A stretch of DNA of 58,710 nt, counting the filler, from Sphacelaria rigidula (Eukaryota): assembly GCA_964200075.2 (NCBI GenBank). It is 5 parts of 5 records of this genome, joined end to end, with 100 filler letters (N's around TTAATTAATTAA, not from the genome) between each part and the next. Parts side by side here need not be neighbours in the genome. Positions count along the whole stretch, not along the records: positions 47,051 to 58,710 come from CAXNAA020004654.1; 4 more parts are not named here. The stretch is one strand, 5' to 3'. The stretch's first letter is position 1; each line of letters starts with the position of its first letter. Below, piece after piece: positions 50,607-58,710 of this stretch. The position numbers and the translations under genes are program-made. The notes under the pieces were generated by a model. It worked only from the letters and a program-made list of their open reading frames with translations, was not told the origin of the DNA and ran no database searches.

Positions 50607-51452
50607 CCGGTATTTACCGGGTATACTCCCGGAATTCACCGGGGTATCCCATACCGTGGTATGCGTGGGTATCGTGGGTATGACGTTTGAAAATACCCGA
50701 TTGAGCGGGTACCGTAGGTATCGAAATCTCGAAACACCGTGGTATCGTTGGTATCATAGGTATCAGTTTTGAAAATACCTGACTGATCGGGTACGGTAGG
50801 TATAGGAATCTCGAAATACCGTGGTATCGTAGGTACGACGTTTGAAAATACCCGATTGGGCGGGTACGGTAAGTATTGAAACCTCTAAATACCCTGGTAT
50901 CGTGGGTATCGTAGGTACGAGTTTTAGAAATACTTGATTGAGCTGGTACGGTAGGTACTGGTATCTCGAAATATCGTGGTATCGTAGGTGTGACATTTGG
51001 AAATACCCCATTGGACCGGTATCGGTAGGGTATGAGATGTCCCAAATACTCGCAACAGGTAACGTGCGCTACTAATTATAAAATTACCCGAAGCCAGCTA
51101 GGGTCAAATATGGCGTGGACCTATCATATATATATATACAATGATCGGACGGGGCCGCCTATCGGCGGCCCCGTCCTCCACGGTAGGCGTGGAAAGGGAT
51201 TCATTTAATTAGGGAGATGGTGAAGGTGATGACTCCTACCAAGAGGTTGAGCCAAAAGTTGCACAGAATTGGTCCTGTGGCAAAGCAATAGAGAGCAGAA
51301 CTCATGTAGTGACAGAACGTGATTGTATAAGGAGGAACCGGACGTGCACGGTGGGAAAATGCGGGGAGTGAACGAGGATGGCATGAAATCGTTTGACGCA
51401 CTAGACGGCAGGGAGAAAACGATGGCTGCCAACCTTACCTACGGTGCCTGTG
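50607..51452. mobile_element. MITE family B, inverted copy with an expanded internal array, one TIR (51432-51452) and a ~380-bp insertion
   Basis: 50607-51049 is a longer array of the same subrepeats. accttacctacggtgcctgtg at 51432-51452 equals the family TIR. 51050-51431 is unrelated sequence. Confidence 0.75.
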
Positions 51453-52397
51453 CATCTCTGATGCTGTTGTAGACAGCGTGATCGGTCTTGTCCCATGTGC
51501 TATATACAGCAGAGAGAAAACGAAAACACTAGCAAGCCTGCTCACCTACAGTAGCAAATGCGCCAAGGACCACATGGTGAAGCGCCAAGAAAGAAAAAAT
51601 AGGAGCATGTACTGTTTACCAATAAAGCAAAGCGAAGCCTCACGAATTACATGGTGCAGCACAGTGTTGAAGGCATTCAAACTGATAGCAACACAGCTGG
51701 CAGTACATCGGCTACCGTACAACGTTGCTACAGTCTCACCCGCCATTTGAGTCGTGGTGCATTTTTGAAGTTCTTGTACCCAATTTTCAAGGCTGCTGGG
51801 GTGGAGTGGAAAGGGCGACTCGTTGAAGGAACATTCGATGGTGCCCGGCTATTTAAACGCACGATGGCGGGTAGTGATGCTGGTCGTGGTCGAACCAGAG
51901 AGCGAAGCATCGCAGCAGATCTACCGTGAAAGGAGAATGTGTGTGCTCTCCCTGTGGACCTGCGTCACATCAATGTTATTTTCTAATTCATATTAGTTTG
52001 CCGTTTTCCATTTGGATATTCAATAAAAAAACGCACGTCGCACCCCTGGAGTTTCCGTCATTGACTTTTGCGGTCAGTTTGCGGTATATGCTACTGCTGA
52101 TTGGTGAATTAAGTTAGCGAAGAATATATATAGTATGGTGGTATACTTCTGCGCATTACTTTATACTTCTGATCATTACATGTGCCCTGTAGCTCCAGTA
52201 CCGACCGCGGGTCTGAAAAGATAGCGGAGGAATTCCAGACGTGTGCCTCTGCATCCACAGGCGCTGTACTGCGCAGCTGCTGTTGATCAGACCCCGTCCG
52301 GAATAGGGGAGGAGGGGTGTTGACAGAGAGGTGTCTGGAAGAATTTCATCTTGCTGTATTCTTATTGAGATTGTCGCTTTAGCAACGAGTGAGAACC

Positions 52398-52542
52398 ATG
52401 GGTAAAGCTCGTGGACCCAAGCGCAAGGAGGCTCCCGCACGGAAGCGATTGCAGGCCAGCAATCCAAGCAATAGCGCACTGCTTCAGAAGCAGAGTCGAA
52501 GGAACAGGGGTCAGGGCGTGCAACGCGCGAATGGTCTAGATG
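52398..52542 (+). CDS. Candidate first coding exon with a basic, NLS-like N-terminus; may belong to the gene at 55.5-58.4 kb
   Basis: accATGG context, MGKARGPKRKEAPARKRLQASNPS...NGLD, followed by donor G|GTGAGA. Confidence 0.35.
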
Positions 52543-55470
52543 GTGAGAGCCGAGAAGTATGGGGTTCCCTGCCGTATTGTAGCCTATATGCTATATACTA
52601 CTTTTGCATTCGAGCAGCTGGAGTTTTATTTCACCATTTCCTGCAGGCGCGTTAAGCTGATCTCCCCAGTGTTCATGGTGTGATGAATGCAAGCTACTGT
52701 TGTAGTCCACCGTCGTACGTTGAGATGATCATGCGCAGGCAGGTGGTGTCTCATGCGATGGCAGTTCATGGGTATAGGATCTTCGGTTTGTCGTCTGTTT
52801 ATATGCGCTCTGGTCTACGTACATCATGGACACTCCGATATCATGTATGCGATATCAACAGTTATATTGTTGGGGCTGAGCTCGCTTCGCTGCTCGTGCT
52901 CCCTTGACCTGTTCCCTAGTTCCTCTCACTGGTCTGTAGTCTGTAACGAGTATTTCTGTTTGCTCTCTGTATTATCTACTTGGAAGGATGGTGCATGGAT
53001 TACTTGCGATATACGATATAGTAGTCAGCATCAGAAGTTTTCAGGGGTCGTAATTGTCTTTTTTTCTGAGTTTTTCTGGAGTACCGTTCTTTACTACTAC
53101 TTGAAAGTGCTAGCGCCGGTAAATTTAGGGAGAGCGTAGACCGCGCTCAAACTGCAGTGCTCACGCTGGTGTTTTTGGGGTGATACGGACTTGATACCCC
53201 GTTTATCAGGAGGGTGTTATTGTCCGTAAATGGTCCAAGAAACGTAGTTTTCCTGCTTTAGCGCAGTGACTAGGTGAAATTTCGAAAAAACGATTATTTT
53301 TGAGTCTTCACTTATATAATCCGGATCGAGTCGGTTCACCGAAAATACCGAAAAGCTAGAGCCTCGGGTCGTATTTCCGCACGACCCCCGAAGATCGGTC
53401 AAGCCCGTAAGTCACTCATAATTGATCGTAGGTGATTTTTCTTTCAATATTTGTCAAGAGGTATAAAATATCTCCGGATGCCTATTTTTTGGCATCTAAC
53501 AGTTACTGTGATGAGCGGTGGCAAGCAAAACAAAATTGGAAATCTTTGAGAAACAAATTAATTACGGATTCTGCATACTTCTGACGCTGACTACTGTTCA
53601 AAGAATGCCAGAGGATGTGAACTCGATGGCCGACTTTCGCGTCGTTTTTTTATCCATGCAACGTTTAACCTGCCAAATATTCAAACATCCCCCTTGCCCC
53701 TGCCTGCATCCTCATTCCCGGCCTTCAGTATCCCCAAGTCTCTCTCGCGACGCCCCCCAAATCCCTTTTATCTCATTATATTATAATGAGATGATAAATC
53801 ATCCCCTGGAGTCAGAAATAGTTCAGCGAGCAAGCGGTACGTACCCCACATCTACCTTCACACCCACTGACGGGAGGAGTGTGCAATGGGTCAATGTTCC
53901 GGGGAGATATCCTGTGGTCAATCCGGATTTTGACGGCATGGCGGCAAGCCAAGAACACCCGAGTCACTCGTAGTCCTGCCTTTTTGCGTATTTCGGCGCC
54001 ACGCGCAAATGCGAGCGATGGTATCACCCGACACACGAGATGAACATGTGTGTGAGTACAAGCAGAGCTCACTCCATCCAGCGTAGCATACCGTTGCAGT
54101 CGGTTGACGTCATTTCGCATTTGCTGCTCTCGTACATCATGCTCCTGCCGGGCATTTTTCTCTTTCCCTGGTACACCTCCAGTTGAACTACCTTCCAGAA
54201 CGGGGACGCACCTGTGGGTCACATACCATGTTCCTGTCGAAGTGCATGTTTGATGGATGATGACGTTGACCAGACCCTCAAACGCACTATATAGAGGGCG
54301 CTGTAGTGATCCAAGTACATACGCCAGATTATATTGCGCCAACTCGAAGAATAAAAAAAAGAAGTGAAAACATCATGAGCACGCACTATCTCGAAATTAA
54401 GGAGATATAACTTTCAATGATCCACGATGCTGTGCTTAACATGCAAAGGGTGCAATGGCCTGCAGGAACCACTACACCACGTGATGGGTGGCGGTACGGT
54501 GTACCACTTTATTGGGCGGTGCTCTTCGCAAATACGGCAGGGGTGTGGGGGGAAGGGTCAGGCTGTCACCACCTGCCCGACAGTGAACAGAAACGGGCGA
54601 AAACGCAGTGTCGGTGTCGGGGGTCGCACAACTTAGCGGCCGTCCCCACGATGAAGACGAACCTGATCTGGATGCTGACAAGAGATCTGATCCAAAACCC
54701 TTGCATGGTATACAACATGAATATATCCTTGCCTTCTCTGGCAACGTATGATCCTATGTTTTCTGCTCGCCTTCCCCCGGTCCGACCCGATAGTGGCCTT
54801 ACCAGCGTCAATCCAGTTGCCGCACAACATCTCTAGTTTGGACCCAAAACTCGTTATACGTGGTGAGGCACAACGACCCCCATTACTCACTGTTGCTGTC
54901 ATCTCGTACATGAGCCAAAGCCCTGCATGTACGTGTCCAAGGGTCAAACCTCGCGAACAGGCAACTCATCCGCCTTAGCGGATCTGTGGTGCTGTCCGTC
55001 AAAGCCAGAGCGTGTACATTTTCAGCGAGCAATGCATGAATTACATGTCGGCGTACGCCGCAGGCAAGCGCGTCGAATGACCTTACGATACCCCCGACGT
55101 AACATACCGTGTCCTTGCCTCATCCCTGCACGTGTCCCATGTCTCCCCCAACATCCACCGTCTCCACTTACCTGCTGGGCGTTCAGGCGATACGGCGCTG
55201 GGCAAGTGAGTGCGTGCGTTTGAGGAGACAGAGCGGGGTGTCAGGATTGTTTGCATTTTGGGGGTGTCTTGGACCCTTTGGTTTGTTTTGTTTTTCAAGT
55301 AAAATGGGGAAGGTGCTGATTACGGATGAAACACATTGAATCGCGTCCTTTTTAATCCGCTCGCACAGGTCCAACACATCACCGGCCAGTTTGGACGGAT
55401 TCTCTGTGGGGTGACATCCCTGCAGTATTAGATTATTCGATTGGTTTCCGTCTCCCGAAGGCGCGAGTAC

Positions 55471-58356
55471 CTAGGTTCAGCAAAAAGTGATTTGGCAAAA
55501 GTTGAGGACCTGTTTTCGATCATGAATTGTCAGACAGGCACTTCGGAAGATATGGGTTGGTCCCTTTGGACTGTGAGCTTGTCCTACGGAGGAGGAGGGG
55601 CGGCGGGAGAGGAATTAGGATGGAAAATGATGTATGTATGATATGGAGGAAGAGAGCGACGAAGGGGGAGAAAGGGAGAAAGAGAGCCGATGATGGGGGA
55701 AGGCATACTAGAATTCGAAGTGTCCCGTTGTGCGACGCTCTTGGGATTTGTCGGGGCTGACACACAAAAGTCATGACTACAGAAAGACCCTTGATTGCGC
55801 ACATCTAGTATATCCCTGAGGGCGCTCTTCTGCATTCCCGAACGAACAGCTCTCACATTTCTTTGCAATCTTCCTGCGGAAATCGGTTGGACAGGGGAGC
55901 ACCAAGCCAGCAGCTGCTTGTCCCGAATAAGAGGGCTCGCGGCGGCAAGAGACGAAGAAAGTCTAACGGGCTCATTGCTAATCAGGCGAGAACACTCGTG
56001 CGCGACCCAGCCTGCATTTCGTCCACGCGTATGCGCGTTCCGGCGTCGTGCCGAGCTGCTTTAGTTTCTCTGTCCACGGTGTAAGCACTCTAATATCTGT
56101 GGCGTCCCGTCAGTACATGATTTTCTTCGCCCTGAGCTCTGTCAGACCTGCTCCCTTGCGCGTAGAACTGTCCGGCACACGACGCAAACATACCCACGCG
56201 GCTATTTGTTGAACATGCCGGAAACAACAGCGCTGGTGGTCGAGAAGGACTTCCAACCGAGTGGAGGAAGAGCTACTAGGATAGTTGTCGTTCGTGCCTC
56301 GTTTTGAAAGACGTGTTCCAGCAATCAATGTGTACGTGGAAGCTCACGCTGCCGACTGTCGTTTCATGGCGTGTTTTTGAACCACGCAGCCCGGCTCTTC
56401 GGAGACTGCCGCGATCCAAGCTGAGTACGCCGCCGTGGATGCTCGCGCAAGCGCGAAAAAGGCGTCTGAGGAAGCACAACGACTGCGCGCACCCGTTAGG
56501 ATTAGACTTGCGCCGGCGACGGTGGCGTTGCGCATGCCGAGTGAAGGGTGAGCTGTCTCTTGCTACGTTGTGTGAGAGTTTTTTTTTTAGAGTTGTGAAT
56601 CGGCTGCCAGTTGAACTGACCAGTTACAGTTAACTGGTGCAACTGGTTAACTAATCGGTTTTGTAACCAGTTGAATCAGTTATTTCACCCGACATATGTG
56701 TCATACTCAGGTCAACATATCTCAAGTATTGTACTACAATGAACGTGGAGGCGCTGTTACAGAGGCGAGGACATGACCGCACAGCGCGCATACCTAGATG
56801 TAGACACGAATATTTTAAGACAACATTTTCTAATGTATAAAAAATAAATGAAGATTGGGTACGGACAGTTCTTGATCGGGCAGATCTGAAATGTGAAGCA
56901 AAGCTGCGTTTCGTAGCGTTGTTGTGTTTGCTTTGCTTCACTCTGTCGACATCAAGCGTTAGCAGCGTTCAGTGGTTACTGTTGTGTGTGATACCGGAGC
57001 ATGAGAAAGAGTCGAAAATTCTGTCATTTCTTCCTGGCTGATGAAGTCACATTCAGTAACGTTACAAAGTTGTCGTCCTACCAGTAGTTCCTGGCGCTTG
57101 GGTGGTACACGCGGAACGCTGTGTATGCTGCACTACTGTCTCATCGCTTCGTTTTTGAGTACGTGTCGCAAGGTTCAGTGATATATATTATTCCCCCCGT
57201 ACATGTATTTTTTTGTGCACCGATTACGTGCTCGAATTGCTGGCGCTAGGCGACTAGGAATTACCGCGATTTTGAGAAGATGTGAAGCCAAATGGTGTAA
57301 TTTTTTTGCCTGCTGCGGGGCCCCCTCACCAGCGCGGAGAGGGGCGTTCACGCGACTCCGCCGCCAGTTATCCAGTTTGAAGTGATGACTGTAACTGGTC
57401 GTGATTTTTTGCTACCAGTTCACAACTTTGATTTTTTCCCTTCGGAAATGGATAATTCGAGAGTTTTACGCCTCATTATATTGGAATGCGTCTGTATTTG
57501 TCTGCTCAATACGCAGTGTGATGGGCACGTGTATATGTCATGGGGCAGCACTTTTTTCGCGCCTCGGGGTTTCATGCGCAACACGTGGCGGTGTTTTTTT
57601 GCGCGATCCGTAAGTTACGCCGATACGCGGCGAAACGGTCGAGTCCTGCAACCGTCAAAGTCACAGCGTCATCAAGCTATGATTCTGTGCTGTGCTATGC
57701 TGTGCTGTGCTGTGCTGTGCTGTGCTGTGCTGTGCTGATGAGGCACGTGCTGGAATAGCGGGAACAACTCCGCTGATCCCAACAATTAAGTTTCGGCACT
57801 CTCTAACTCCACCCTCCGCTGCTTATCCTCCTGACGTTTTGACGTGCGGATCTGATGGCCGCCATCAGCGGCGACGCGATGCAGGCGCTTCGAGCGTCTA
57901 GCTCCGCGCGTATGGTGGACGCTCTCCTTGAAAGCATCGCCGACGACCCGGTGAGCAACCGTCAGTATATGAGTGCAACTTCCGAGTTGTTGCGCAAAGC
58001 AAGGCTGTGGTGACTGTATCTTCTGCGGGGTCTCACCCTTGCGTTGATGTACTACTTGGAATAACTAGCCAGGTGCGGATATTTTTAGTAGGGAATTATC
58101 TCAAAGTTGGCCGTCTCGGCTGTGTACTCCCCCACCGAGTTTTGGGTTTTGTTCCGTCTTTCGTACTTTTAGTATGAATATACCAAACCAAACCTGGGAT
58201 TTCGCTCGTCGGTCACTATTTTCGCGGAAATGCGTGCTCCATTTCCTGTACAGCATGACTGATTTATTTTCCTTGCTTTCGTGTTTTGTGCTTTCGAGCC
58301 ATACAGGGGGAAGAGGATGCCGGTCTTTTATCGTTTGCTTCAGCTCAAGAATTCTG
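55471..58356 (+). CDS. Partial multi-exon gene of unknown function, probably continuing past the window
   Basis: Phase-compatible exons 56390-56547 (PGSSETAAIQAEYAAVDARASAKKASEEAQRL..., donor GTGAGC), 57869-57950 (GDAMQALRASSSARMVDALLESIADDP, donor GTGAGC) and 58307-58356 (after a strong polypyrimidine tract). Weaker candidate exons near 55471-55555 and 55895-55985. Confidence 0.5.
56588..57430. mobile_element. Intronic hAT-like non-autonomous element (~840 bp)
   Basis: Imperfect TIRs tagagttgtgaa...gaccagttacagt / actgtaactggtc...ttcacaactttg. Repeated CCAGTT/AACTGG subterminal motifs. T-rich flanks match at 6 of 8 positions. Confidence 0.6.
57685..57737. repeat. (CTGTG)n microsatellite
   Basis: About 10 units with one mismatch. 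Confidence 0.95.
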
Positions 58357-58710
58357 GTATTATGTGTTGTCCCGTTTCTACGTACGGCAGTGTCTCACTA
58401 AAATTACCGCAAATTAAAATGCCTGCAACCAAAAACAAATCGAACTCAATGCGGTATGCACTCGGTGCATTTTTTGTCCCCATCAACTCATCAACCACTA
58501 CATACTATTAATCAGGCTAACCCGAAAATCGACGCTGAGGATTATGTTATTACTATCCCCTGCGGAGCTATCCACCTCTCCCCCATTAGGCGAGCCTGAT
58601 TGACATTCGAGTATCTTGTTAAGCCCTAACTTTTAACGTCTGGCTACCCTACTCGCTGTTCTCCTAGCGCTACGGAGACGCCCTCTGCGCCCTCCCCCGC
58701 CTCCCTGACG

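Overview
Eukaryotic, intron-rich scaffold of roughly 50% GC by eye. Splice-site style and gene architecture suggest a stramenopile, probably a brown alga (inference). Four 100-bp assembly spacers (N44-TTAATTAATTAA-N44) and two 10-N gaps break the window. The six-frame ORF track is mostly noise; the real coding content appears only after manual splicing. (1) A ~14-15-exon minus-strand host gene (~32.2-24.0 kb) encodes a long coiled-coil protein with an N-terminal CxxCGG motif. (2) Partial multi-exon genes of unknown function lie at ~38.8-42.6 kb (-), ~55.5-58.4 kb (+) and ~10.2-10.4 kb (-). (3) A transposon nest at 12.4-22 kb holds a spliced piggyBac-type transposase pseudogene directly downstream of, and on the same strand as, a 1.3-kb exon encoding an OTU-like cysteine protease plus a C3H zinc finger; a divergent, decayed Academ-like ORF sits beside them. 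(4) A spliced pogo/Fot1-type transposase remnant lies at 35.3-36.3 kb. (5) There are many MITEs (hAT-type with 8-bp TSDs, a TA-flanked foldback, a CAC..GTG element), tandem repeats, microsatellites and a tRNA-derived relic. The best candidate for something new is the putative OTU/zinc-finger-piggyBac unit. All family assignments come from motif recognition by eye, not database searches.
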